DNA of 32,000 nt from the NCBI RefSeq assembly GCF_009557235.1, contig NZ_CP045650.1, forward strand, positions 1,050,001 through 1,082,000, in the 5' to 3' direction. A program made the translations under genes and the position numbers. The DNA is from Acinetobacter wanghuae. GTDB lineage: Bacteria; Pseudomonadota; Gammaproteobacteria; Pseudomonadales; Moraxellaceae. The notes under the pieces are model-generated. The model did not search any database. It had not been told where the DNA came from and worked only from the letters and a program-made list of their open reading frames with translations. This document shows, in pieces, positions 1-8,254 of the stretch (the stretch's first letter is position 1; every line of letters starts with the position of its first letter).

Positions 1-1
1 G

Positions 2-514
2 TTGCCTGAAAATTTCTATCAGCGGCATTTATTAGAAAAAAAATATATGACCTTTACTGTGTTTCTCCCAAGAGAATATGGTTTTATCGAAAATATTCTA
101 AAACCAAAATACTATTCACCATTAGGTGACCTAATAAAAGATTATTCTGATGATCAAGTTATTACTTTTGAAGAAATTTGTGAAGCAGATGCGTTCTTGT
201 TTATAAAATCTTTAACATATGCCTTGCAAATTGATGACTATTATAGAAAAAGATGGTGGCCTCATGTGTCTTTTTATATCGTAAGAGACCGTTACCATGC
301 TTTAAAAGTTTTTGTTAAGTCAGAAAGGCCCACTTATTTTGATGAAATAAAGAAAGTATTAAATGTTAAAGATTTACAGTTCATTATAGATATACTAAAT
401 ATAAATCGAGAGAATCCATATAATCAAAACTTATACCTCCCTAAATGGCCAGAAGCTTTTGCCACATTTGATTTAAAGACTCTATGTAATTTAGATAAAT
501 TGCATAATTCATAG
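2..514 (+). CDS. hypothetical protein, C-terminal part (ORF open to the left window edge)
   Basis: The frame is open from the first complete codon of the window to TAG at 512-514, so the start at 2 is only the window edge. I recognise no motif. It is visibly more AT-rich than the housekeeping genes to its right and is followed by a 10-bp-stem hairpin. Confidence 0.5.
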   Translation: MPENFYQRHLLEKKYMTFTVFLPREYGFIENILKPKYYSPLGDLIKDYSDDQVITFEEICEADAFLFIKSLTYALQIDDYYRKRWWPHVSFYIVRDRYHALKVFVKSERPTYFDEIKKVLNVKDLQFIIDILNINRENPYNQNLYLPKWPEAFATFDLKTLCNLDKLHNS

Positions 515-525
515 ACAATATTAAA

Positions 526-550
526 GAATCCTCACTAGGAGTGGGGATTC
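526..550. terminator. hairpin between convergent genes (terminator-like)
   Basis: GAATCCTCAC (526-535), loop TAGGA, GTGGGGATTC (541-550). The stem is 10 bp with one G-U wobble on the + transcript. The flanks are A/T-rich rather than clean U-runs. Confidence 0.45.
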
Positions 551-595
551 AAATTATATTTATTTAGCATAAAATCTCTGAGATTAAGAAGTTTT

Positions 596-1126
596 TTATT
601 TATAATTCCCCGACACCTTCACATAATTCTGTGCCGAATACGGTAAAAACGCCTTTTCTTTCTCAGTAATAGGGCGTACTTTTTTAACAGGGCTGCCCAT
701 ATATAAATAACCACTTTCCAAAACTTTGTTTGGCGGAACAAGCGAACCTGCGCCAATCATCACATCATCTTCAACAATCACATCATCCAAAATAATCGTG
801 CCAATACCGACCAAAACCCGATTACCAATGGTACAACCATGTAATTTAACATGATGACCAATCGTGACATCTTCACCAATAATTAAAGGCGAACCTTCAG
901 GTTTATCGGCTTTTTTATGACTCACATGCAACATCGAGTGGTCTTGCACATTCGAGTTTTTACCAATGTGGATATGATTGACATCACCACGAATCACGGC
1001 AAACGGCCAAACCGAGACATTTTCGCCTAAGACAACATCACCAATGACGACTGACATTGGGTCAACATAACAAGAATCATCAATAGTTGGTGCAGTGTCT
1101 AAATAAGGACGAATGTTTTGGCTCAT
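596..1126 (-). CDS. gamma-class carbonic anhydrase-like / hexapeptide-repeat (LbH) protein, YrdA-PaaY type
   Basis: 176 aa with repeated [LIV]-G-x-x-x-x hexapeptide turns. VIGDVVLGENVSVWPFAVIRGDVNHIHIGKNSNVQDHSMLHV and HGCTIGNRVLVGIGTIILDDVIVEDDVMIGAGSLV are typical of the gamma-CA/YrdA family. Confidence 0.85.
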   Translation of the reverse strand: MSQNIRPYLDTAPTIDDSCYVDPMSVVIGDVVLGENVSVWPFAVIRGDVNHIHIGKNSNVQDHSMLHVSHKKADKPEGSPLIIGEDVTIGHHVKLHGCTIGNRVLVGIGTIILDDVIVEDDVMIGAGSLVPPNKVLESGYLYMGSPVKKVRPITEKEKAFLPYSAQNYVKVSGNYK

Positions 1127-1165
1127 AGTAAAGTCATCTGAGTGAATGATCGGTTTTAAAGCAGT

Positions 1166-1203
1166 ATAAAATAAAAAAGCACCTAGACCGAAATCTAGAT
1201 GCT
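1166..1203 (-). terminator. rho-independent terminator of dacC
   Basis: On the minus transcript AGCATCTAGA and TCTAGGTGCT (1194-1203 / 1178-1187) form a 10-bp stem with one G-U and a 6-nt loop. The stem is followed by UUUUUAUUUU. Confidence 0.65.
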
Positions 1204-1241
1204 TAAACTTAAGTCTAAAACGATTTTAAAAAACGTTTTAA

Positions 1242-2390
1242 TTAAAATAAGTTAGAGAAGAATTGTTTTACATGGTCAATCATACGTGCGAAGAAATTCG
1301 CTTCTTCAACTGCTTTTAAAGCTACAAGTGGTTTTTCAGCAATGACTTTACCATCTAAAGTTGCAACGTATTTACCAACGACTTGACCGGCTTTTAAAGG
1401 TGCAGTCAATTTCGGTTGAACGACCAATTGCGTTTTAATGGCATTGGCTTGACCTTTTGGCATGGTCACATTGAAGTTTTCTGCTAAACCAATTTGAACG
1501 TCAGCATCTTTACCAAACCAAACTTTTGCTTTCGCTAAGACTTGTTTGCCCGGTTGAACACTTTTAGTTTCAAAGTTTGCATAACCCCAAGCCAACAAAT
1601 CACGTGTTTGTGATGCACGTTCGTTCATGCTTGGTGCACCAAAAATCACGGAAATTAAACGCGTCGGACCACGTTTTGCAGAAGTTGTTAAGCAATAACC
1701 AGCTTCATCGGTATGACCTGTTTTTAAACCATCCACGCTTGGGTCTGTATAAAGCAGGGCATTACGGTTGCCTTGTTTAATGCCGTTAAATGCAAATTCT
1801 TTTTCAGAATAAATTGGGTAGTATTTTGAACTATCATGAATAATATGTTGTGCAAGCACTGCCATATCTTTTGCAGTTGAATAATGACCTTCAGCAGGCA
1901 TACCAGTTGAATTGATGAAATGAGTATTCACCATGCCGATACGTTTTGCTTCTTGGTTCATCATATGCGCGAATGTACCTTCGTTACCCGCAATATGTTC
2001 AGCCATCGCTTTCGATGCATCATTACCCGATTGAATAATAATACCGCGTAACATTTCTAAAGACGTCGCTGTACCGTTCAATGGAACGTACATACATGAT
2101 TCTGTGCTACTGCCACGACACCATGCAGATTCGTTCATACGAACTTTTTCATCTTCAGTCAGTTCACCGTTCAATAATTTTTGTTCAATGATGTAGCTGG
2201 TCATCATTTTTGTCATTGAAGCAGGAGCTAATTTTTCATTTTCATTTTTAGCAGCGAGGATTTGCCCAGTCTCGAAATCCATCAGCACGTATGATTTATT
2301 ATTAAATTCTGGCGGTGCACTAAGGACGGTTGCTGCAAATGAAAAACTAGGTGCAATCAGGAGTGCAGCAAGGGCGGTTTTTGGGATCAT
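1242..2390 (-). CDS. dacC: D-alanyl-D-alanine carboxypeptidase (low-molecular-weight PBP5/6 class)
   Basis: Carries the SxxK motif (SMTK), the SGN motif (QSGNDA) and the KTG motif (KTGHT). I prefer the start at ATG 2388-2390 (MIPKTALAALLIAPSFSFA signal peptide, 382 aa) over the longer ORF-track start at 2435. Confidence 0.9.
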   Translation of the reverse strand: MIPKTALAALLIAPSFSFAATVLSAPPEFNNKSYVLMDFETGQILAAKNENEKLAPASMTKMMTSYIIEQKLLNGELTEDEKVRMNESAWCRGSSTESCMYVPLNGTATSLEMLRGIIIQSGNDASKAMAEHIAGNEGTFAHMMNQEAKRIGMVNTHFINSTGMPAEGHYSTAKDMAVLAQHIIHDSSKYYPIYSEKEFAFNGIKQGNRNALLYTDPSVDGLKTGHTDEAGYCLTTSAKRGPTRLISVIFGAPSMNERASQTRDLLAWGYANFETKSVQPGKQVLAKAKVWFGKDADVQIGLAENFNVTMPKGQANAIKTQLVVQPKLTAPLKAGQVVGKYVATLDGKVIAEKPLVALKAVEEANFFARMIDHVKQFFSNLF

Positions 2391-2515
2391 TCTAGTTAGT
2401 CCAATATCTTGATGTGAGCACAAAAGAGCTAGCATTTTAGGACAAACATCAACGGACTTCTACGGGGGAGAAAGGCTTATTTTAGAAGTATTGTAAGTCG
2501 TTTTAACGATTCACG

Positions 2516-2587
2516 AAAAAAAACTTTAAATCACAGCAAAATTGAATATAAAACGATCAATTTGATTTTAATCGCTATGATTTAAAG
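2516..2587 (-). terminator. nested stem-loop terminator of the 124-aa secreted-protein gene
   Basis: The outer perfect 10-bp inverted repeat is CTTTAAATCA (2524-2533) / TGATTTAAAG (2578-2587). The inner 7-bp repeat is AAATTGA (2539-2545) / TCAATTT (2557-2563). On the minus transcript the structure is followed by U8 (A-run 2516-2523 on +). Confidence 0.6.
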
Positions 2588-2612
2588 TCGGATTCTTTTG
2601 AGTTAAAAAAGA

Positions 2613-2987
2613 TTAATAGCTCACGAGTTCATTACAGATGGCTTGGTTTTTAGTTTTGCCCGCAGTTTTGGCATCTTGGCGTGCCTCGTTCAAGACTTTG
2701 CTAAAACTACTTTGCTTCGATAATTGATTTAATGCTTGCACAGGATCTTTTTGGCTTGGTAAATATTCTTTCGCAAGTTTGCCATAACCCTGTTCAAATT
2801 TCGCGGTGTCTTTGACCAAGCTTGGGCAGACTTCAGACAATACATAAATCGCTGCAAGTTCTTCATGCGTCACTTGCTGATTCGTTGGGGTAACATCAAT
2901 ATTTTCATTTGCTGCAAATACAGCAGGGCTGAACAAGGTTGCAGCTAAAGTTAGGGCTGAGAGTGATTTAAATAACGGATTTTTCAT
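2613..2987 (-). CDS. small secreted two-cysteine protein, paralog A
   Basis: 124 aa with signal peptide MKNPLFKSLSALTLAATLFSPAVFA|AN. It shares EELAAIYVLSEVCPSL and a C-terminal AICNEL block with the neighbouring 127-aa ORF. Confidence 0.75.
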   Translation of the reverse strand: MKNPLFKSLSALTLAATLFSPAVFAANENIDVTPTNQQVTHEELAAIYVLSEVCPSLVKDTAKFEQGYGKLAKEYLPSQKDPVQALNQLSKQSSFSKVLNEARQDAKTAGKTKNQAICNELVSY

Positions 2988-3166
2988 AGAAAACTCTAAA
3001 TAAAATACAATAAATTTGAGCCTAGCTTAACGCCATTTTCTAAAATGGAAATAACAAAAATGTTATTACACGGTCGAATCATGAAAGAAATATGAAGAAA
3101 TCCCCAAATATTCCAAAAGCAAACGAAGACAATGCATGGATTATCTTCGTACATTCAACTTTGTTG

Positions 3167-3550
3167 TTATGGTGTGTAATTTAAAATGTCATCGCATGCT
3201 GACTGTTGTTCTGCTGCATCCATGTTTTTAGCGTTATTACGTGTTTCAGCAAGTAGCGTTTGATATTCGCTATCTGCTTGCAACTGTGCAAATGTCATTT
3301 TTGCGCCAGCATAATCGCCTAAGTTTGCCGTAATTAAATGCTGAACATTGCCATCAAATTGTGCATTTTTTCCCATCAGTGTCGGGCAAAGCTCACTCAT
3401 CACTTGAGTCGATGCAATATCTTCTTTAATCATGGTATTGGCTTCGGCATTGCTTAAATCATTTTCAGCCATGGCATGAGAGAAAACGGCTGAAAGTGTA
3501 AGGATGCAAACAGTCTGAATGGTTAATTTTTTAATCATCATGGGTAACAT
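3167..3550 (-). CDS. small secreted two-cysteine protein, paralog B
   Basis: 127 aa with signal peptide ...ILTLSAVFSHAMA|EN. It aligns with paralog A (EDIASTQVMSELCPTL; SACDDIL). The start could be any of the Met codons at 3550, 3541 or 3538. Confidence 0.7.
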   Translation of the reverse strand: MLPMMIKKLTIQTVCILTLSAVFSHAMAENDLSNAEANTMIKEDIASTQVMSELCPTLMGKNAQFDGNVQHLITANLGDYAGAKMTFAQLQADSEYQTLLAETRNNAKNMDAAEQQSACDDILNYTP

Positions 3551-3649
3551 CTATTCAGGATGGAAGTTGGAGAATAAATATATATAATTCCAAGACAAAT
3601 ACAATAAAATGTTCCCGCAAGTCATTTTGTTGACCCATGAGATAATGCT

Positions 3650-4438
3650 GTGAATATATTAATATCAAATGATGATGGTGTGTTGGCACCGGGCATTCAA
3701 GCCATTGCCCAAGCGTTAAAAGCTTTAGGGCGTGTCGTGATTGTGGCACCTGAAACTGAACGAAGTGGATTTTCCAGTGCTTTGACCATTGATCGACCAT
3801 TAAGACCTGTTGAAATCTCTCCCGATGTGTGGGCGGTAAATGGAACTCCGGCAGACTGCGTGTATTTGGCAGTGAACGGTTTGTTTGATTTTGACTTTGA
3901 TTTAGTCGTCAGTGGTATTAATAACGGTCCCAATTTAGCCGATCATATTTTATATTCGGGAACCGTCGGTGCAGCGATGGGTGGACGTTTAAATCGTTTG
4001 CCATCTTTGGCAATTTCATTGTGTGGTGCGAAAGTGCGCGCTTATCAGCATCCTGAACAGTTTAAAATGGCAGCGGAATGGGTACGTGATTTTATTCAGA
4101 CAGGTTTAGCAGAGTTGCCACCGAGACATATTTTCAATATTAATATTCCCGATGTTGCCGAAATTCAAGGCACTCAAGTCACGTATTCAAGTCAATGTTT
4201 AAGCGCAAAAGCCATTATTCCACAGGTCGACCCACGTGGGCGAAAGGTGTATTGGATTGGCTTATCGAGTGACGCTGTGGCTGTGCCGAAATCAGGTTTT
4301 GAAGAGTTTTTATCAGATGCTGAAGCGGTAGCCCAAGGCTATGTCAGTATAACGCCTATACAAATGGATACGACAAACTACGCTGTGATGCATGATTTAC
4401 AACGACAGCTTTCCGAAAAGGCGGAAGTAGTGTTATAA
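3650..4438 (+). CDS. surE: 5'/3'-nucleotidase SurE
   Basis: The N-terminus (M)[22 protein letters not shown] and GINNGPNL are the SurE signatures. GTG start at 3650. Confidence 0.95.
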   Translation: MNILISNDDGVLAPGIQAIAQALKALGRVVIVAPETERSGFSSALTIDRPLRPVEISPDVWAVNGTPADCVYLAVNGLFDFDFDLVVSGINNGPNLADHILYSGTVGAAMGGRLNRLPSLAISLCGAKVRAYQHPEQFKMAAEWVRDFIQTGLAELPPRHIFNINIPDVAEIQGTQVTYSSQCLSAKAIIPQVDPRGRKVYWIGLSSDAVAVPKSGFEEFLSDAEAVAQGYVSITPIQMDTTNYAVMHDLQRQLSEKAEVVL

Positions 4439-4532
4439 CTTTGTGAAAATATAATCATTACGGTAATCAGGTAGTGATTTTTTGCTAATCTTGACGGGTT
4501 TTTAAGCCGTATAGATGTTCGAGAGGAAGATA

Positions 4533-5369
4533 ATGGTATTGGTGTCAGCAAAACGTAAATTCACATCACCTGCAACGTTGATGAAAGCAATTGCAATTTC
4601 AAGTGTAGTGGCTTCGACCGTGTTGGTTACAGGTTGTGCATCTAAACCCTTAATCAATGGTTCGACACGTTATGCCGCAGCACCGGACTTCTATACGGTG
4701 CGTTCAGGCGATACCCTAAGTGGTATTGCAACGCGTTACGGTCTGAACTACGTTACTGTGGCGCAAATGAATGATATTGCTGAACCTTATCGTATTTTTG
4801 TCGGTCAATCGATTCGTCTTAAAAATAATAGCAATAGCCGCAATACAACCACACAAGCCATTGCACAAGCAGCACCGATTCAACGTCAAACCATTGCGTT
4901 ACCAAGTAATACCACTGCATCAGCACCGGTAACACCTGCAAAAGTAACCACGCCAACAGTTGCGAAAGCTGTGACACCAGCGCCAGTTGTCGCTGCAACA
5001 GGTTTACGTTGGGTCAAACCAAGCCAAGGCAGTATCTTGCAAAGTTATAACTTAAGCGCAGGCGTAAAGGGCACGCGTTATACCGGTAAAGACGGTGATC
5101 CTGTTTATGCTGCTGCTGACGGACAAGTGGTTTATGCTGCAGATGGCTTAAAAGAGTACGGTAATTTAGTGCTCATTAAGCACATCAATGGCTACATTAC
5201 GGCTTATGCACATAACAGTAAAATGAATGTGAAAAGTGGTGAAAATGTGACTGCAGGTCAAAAGATTGCAGAGATGGGTTCAACCGGTACCACACGTACG
5301 ATGCTTGAATTTCAAGTTCGACTTGATGGAAAGCCGATCAATCCCGCGAACGTTTTAGCAAATAATTAA
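4533..5369 (+). CDS. nlpD: LysM + M23 peptidase lipoprotein (NlpD-like murein hydrolase activator)
   Basis: Lipobox LVTGC, a LysM segment YTVRSGDTLSGIATRYGLNYVTVAQMNDI...GQSIRL, a Pro/Thr/Ala-rich linker, and a C-terminal M23 fold (GNLVLIKHINGYITAYAHNSK...GSTG). I prefer ATG 4533, which follows GAGAGGAAG. ATG 4515 and 4581 are in-frame alternatives. Confidence 0.85.
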   Translation: MVLVSAKRKFTSPATLMKAIAISSVVASTVLVTGCASKPLINGSTRYAAAPDFYTVRSGDTLSGIATRYGLNYVTVAQMNDIAEPYRIFVGQSIRLKNNSNSRNTTTQAIAQAAPIQRQTIALPSNTTASAPVTPAKVTTPTVAKAVTPAPVVAATGLRWVKPSQGSILQSYNLSAGVKGTRYTGKDGDPVYAAADGQVVYAADGLKEYGNLVLIKHINGYITAYAHNSKMNVKSGENVTAGQKIAEMGSTGTTRTMLEFQVRLDGKPINPANVLANN

Positions 5370-5461
5370 ATAAATAATGCAAATAGAAAATTTCACCGTA
5401 TAATACAATGAGTTGTTTTTATCAACTGATAAAGGCATCTCATAAGTTTAGAGGGGAATTT

Positions 5462-6391
5462 ATGTTAGATCAACTTCGAGCAATGGGCGTCTTTGCTTGC
5501 GTTGTAGAAAAAAACTCGTTTAGCGGTGCTGCGCGTGATTTAGGAATTACCACCAGTGCGGTGAGTCAACAAATTCGCTCTTTAGAACAAGATATGGAAG
5601 TCATTCTTCTAAATCGTTCAACGCGTAAATTAAGTTTGACCGAAGCGGGGCAAGCATTTTTCTACAGCTGTCAAGAAATGTTGGCAGCAGCTGAGCGTGG
5701 CAAAGTTCGTATTAATGAATTGCGTGATGATCTCGTGGGTGAGCTACGAATTGCTTCTACACCTGAACTTTGTGCGACACATTTGGTACCAGCATTGTCG
5801 CATTGGATGTCGGCACATCGTGGCTTAAATATTCATTTTGAAACCAATAATCAAAATCATGATGTATTAGATGGGCGTATTGATATTGCTCTGCGTTTGG
5901 ATCAATTGCTGGATGAACAACAATTCAATGCGATTCCATTGATTCAGATTGAACAGATTTTGGTAGCAGCACCAAGTTATATCAATCAAGCCGCGCTGAT
6001 TGCTAAACCAGATGATTTGAAAAATCACGATTTATTACCGTCAACGCCACTCAAGCCATTCGAAAAATTACAATTCCAACATGTGAATAAAGCTGACTCA
6101 GTCACGCTTGAATTCAACTCACGTTTTAATACCAATAGTCATTGGGTGACACGTGCAATGTGTTTACAAGGCAATGGTATTACTAAAATTTCATACTTAG
6201 ACGTTCAAAAAGATTTACAAAAAGGCGCATTGGTTGAAGTCTTACCTGAATGGAAACTTCCACCTTTAACATTATATGCTGTGATTCAAAAGGGTGATCA
6301 GCATGCAACGAAAATTTTACGTTGTATCGAAACTTTAAAGCAGTATTTTAATCAGCTTTCAGGCGCACGTATTTTACAGCTTGCCTCTTAA
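5462..6391 (+). CDS. LysR-family transcriptional regulator
   Basis: The N-terminal wHTH FSGAARDLGITTSAVSQQIRSLE is followed by a LysR substrate-binding region. The start is taken at MLDQLRAMGVF (ATG 5462), not the longer ORF. Confidence 0.9.
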   Translation: MLDQLRAMGVFACVVEKNSFSGAARDLGITTSAVSQQIRSLEQDMEVILLNRSTRKLSLTEAGQAFFYSCQEMLAAAERGKVRINELRDDLVGELRIASTPELCATHLVPALSHWMSAHRGLNIHFETNNQNHDVLDGRIDIALRLDQLLDEQQFNAIPLIQIEQILVAAPSYINQAALIAKPDDLKNHDLLPSTPLKPFEKLQFQHVNKADSVTLEFNSRFNTNSHWVTRAMCLQGNGITKISYLDVQKDLQKGALVEVLPEWKLPPLTLYAVIQKGDQHATKILRCIETLKQYFNQLSGARILQLAS

Positions 6392-6423
6392 TTTTTTCAT
6401 TATTTTCACTTAAAGACATACCA

Positions 6424-6452
6424 TAAAAAAGCCGCTCGAAGCGGCTTTTTTA
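6424..6452. terminator. bidirectional rho-independent terminator (LysR gene / argD)
   Basis: AAAAAAGCCGCT-cga-AGCGGCTTTTTT. The GC-rich 8-bp stem is flanked by an A-run and a T-run between convergent genes. Confidence 0.8.
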
Positions 6453-6471
6453 TCTTTCAGATTTTAATGAT

Positions 6472-7683
6472 TTAAGCTAAATAGGCTTTAAGCAAAGTCA
6501 CTAAGCGTTCAACCAGTAGGTCTGCTTGTTCTTGTGTAATGTTCAATGGTGGCAATAGACGCACTACGTTACCAGCAGTCACATTGACAATCAGTTTGTA
6601 TTCATCACGGGCAATATCGACCACATCACCACATGCTTTAGGCAATTCAATTCCGATCATTAAACCGAAACCACGTACAGTCACGTTTTGATCTGCAAGT
6701 TGGCTACGCAATTGCTCAACAATATAAGCGCCTTTTGTCGCTGCATTCGCTACGATGTTTTCTTTTTGCATGATGTCCAAAATGGTATAAACCACACGTG
6801 AACCGAGTGCTGTACCACTATACGTCGAACCATGGTTACCCGCAGTTAACACACCGACACCACGACCTTGTGTCATGACCGCGCCAATCGGGAAGCCATT
6901 ACCTAAACCTTTTGCGGTGGTTAAAACGTCTGGAATAATGTTGGTGTGCTGATAGGCAAAGTATTTACCTGTACGACCATTACCGGTTTGTACTTCATCG
7001 AGCATCATTAACCAATTGTGTTGGTTACAGATTTGACGGATGTCTTCAAGATAGCTAAAGCCTTGAGGTGCAGTATTGACACCACCTTCACCTTGAATCG
7101 GTTCAACCAAAATGGCCACAATGTCAGGGTGATTGATGGCAGCTTCTTCAATCGCTTCAATGTCGCCAAAAGGTACACGAATAAAGCCTTCAACCAATGG
7201 TCCAAAGCCATCTTGTACTTTCTTGTTGCCTGTTGCAGATAATGTCGCCATGGTACGGCCATGGAAAGAATGATCAGCAACAATGATCTTTGGTGTGCTG
7301 ATGCCTTGCATATGACCAAATTTACGTGCAATTTTGATTGCACCTTCATTCGATTCTGCACCACTGTTGGAGAAGAAGACTTCTTCCATACCTGCAACAT
7401 CTGCAAGTTTTTGTGCAGCTGCAGTTTGCCATGGCACTTCAAATAAGTTACTGGTATGAATTAACGTCGATGCTTGTTCTGCAATGGCTGCTGCAATCTC
7501 TGGGTGTGCATGACCCAAACCACATACCGCAATACCAGTTAATGCATCTAAGTACTCAGTCCCATCTTCTGTATAAAGAAATGCGCCTCGTCCTCGGACA
7601 AAGCTGATCTTTTGACGGCCAAATACAGGCATCAAGTGTGATGGTTGATCAGTTTGCACCGGAGCGAGGGTAATATTATTCAT
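6472..7683 (-). CDS. argD: acetylornithine/succinyl-diaminopimelate aminotransferase (class-III PLP aminotransferase)
   Basis: 403 aa with GIAVCGLGHAHP, FFSNSGAESNEGAIKIAR, DEVQTGNGRTGK and TTAKGLGNGFP (PLP lysine). It is a standalone gene and not in an ast operon, hence argD rather than astC. The symbol is an inference. Confidence 0.8.
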   Translation of the reverse strand: MNNITLAPVQTDQPSHLMPVFGRQKISFVRGRGAFLYTEDGTEYLDALTGIAVCGLGHAHPEIAAAIAEQASTLIHTSNLFEVPWQTAAAQKLADVAGMEEVFFSNSGAESNEGAIKIARKFGHMQGISTPKIIVADHSFHGRTMATLSATGNKKVQDGFGPLVEGFIRVPFGDIEAIEEAAINHPDIVAILVEPIQGEGGVNTAPQGFSYLEDIRQICNQHNWLMMLDEVQTGNGRTGKYFAYQHTNIIPDVLTTAKGLGNGFPIGAVMTQGRGVGVLTAGNHGSTYSGTALGSRVVYTILDIMQKENIVANAATKGAYIVEQLRSQLADQNVTVRGFGLMIGIELPKACGDVVDIARDEYKLIVNVTAGNVVRLLPPLNITQEQADLLVERLVTLLKAYLA

Positions 7684-7843
7684 GACTAACTCTATATTGT
7701 TAGGTGGAAAGAAAAACTTATATAAGCAAAATTGTACTGAGAATTAAAGTCTAATTGTAAATAAAATTGGATTTATTGCTTTTGACGTACTGTTTTCTTT
7801 GGATTTGGGTATAATGCGAATCAGAATAGTTGAGGATTTATCA

Positions 7844-8185
7844 ATGACTGAACAAGCACGCGATACCGAAGCGTTAATTCGTGACCAAATTGCAAAACAT
7901 GCAGTTCTTCTCTACATGAAAGGCACACCACAATTCCCACAATGTGGTTTCTCTGCACGTGCGGTAGAAGCACTCAGTCAAATTGGTCGTCCTTTTGCTT
8001 ATGTGAATATTCTTGAAAATCAAGATATTCGTGCAACTTTGCCGCAAATTGCAAACTGGCCGACTTTCCCACAATTGTGGATTAACGGCGAGTTGATTGG
8101 TGGTAGCGACATCATGCTCGATATGTTCCAAAAAGGTGAATTAAAATCTTTAGTTGAACAATACAGCCCAGCGCCTGAAGCTTAA
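7844..8185 (+). CDS. grxD: monothiol glutaredoxin, Grx4 family
   Basis: VLLYMKGTPQFPQCGFS contains the CGFS active site, and WPTFPQLWINGELIGGSDI is also present. ATG 7844 is preceded by GAGGA. The longer ORF from 7799 was rejected. Confidence 0.9.
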   Translation: MTEQARDTEALIRDQIAKHAVLLYMKGTPQFPQCGFSARAVEALSQIGRPFAYVNILENQDIRATLPQIANWPTFPQLWINGELIGGSDIMLDMFQKGELKSLVEQYSPAPEA

Positions 8186-8198
8186 TTCAGCCTGCTAT

Positions 8199-8228
8199 AA
8201 AAAAAGCGCCGTTAAGGCGCTTTTTTTA
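8199..8228. terminator. bidirectional rho-independent terminator (grxD / Lon-like gene)
   Basis: AAAAAAAGCGCC-gttaa-GGCGCTTTTTTT between convergent genes. Confidence 0.8.
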
Positions 8229-8254
8229 TCAGGGTATATCACACAAACAATCGA

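Noticed and set aside
1577-1780. 67-aa ORF on + strand
   Set aside because: It lies entirely antisense inside the well-supported dacC gene and has no RBS or motif, so it is a shadow ORF.
3555-3933. 81-aa and 78-aa ORFs on - strand
   Set aside because: They overlap the surE start region and the surE body in antisense. surE is unambiguous and the products are low-complexity (His/Leu-rich or Thr/Ser-rich) junk.
7008-7607. Four ORFs (144, 74, 61 and 89 aa) within argD
   Set aside because: All are alternative-frame or antisense ORFs inside a strongly supported aminotransferase gene, with no family resemblance.
7782-7815. TTGACG ... TATAAT as the grxD promoter
   Set aside because: The -10 is perfect, but the spacer to TTGACG is 22 bp, too long for a standard sigma70 promoter. 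It is not reported as a feature.
7799-7843. N-terminal extension of the grxD ORF (start at 7799)
   Set aside because: An internal ATG at 7844 with a GAGGA Shine-Dalgarno gives the canonical Grx4 length. The extension MDLGIMRIRIVEDLS is not part of the family.
7874-8131. 85-aa antisense ORF in grxD
   Set aside because: Shadow ORF opposite a conserved gene.
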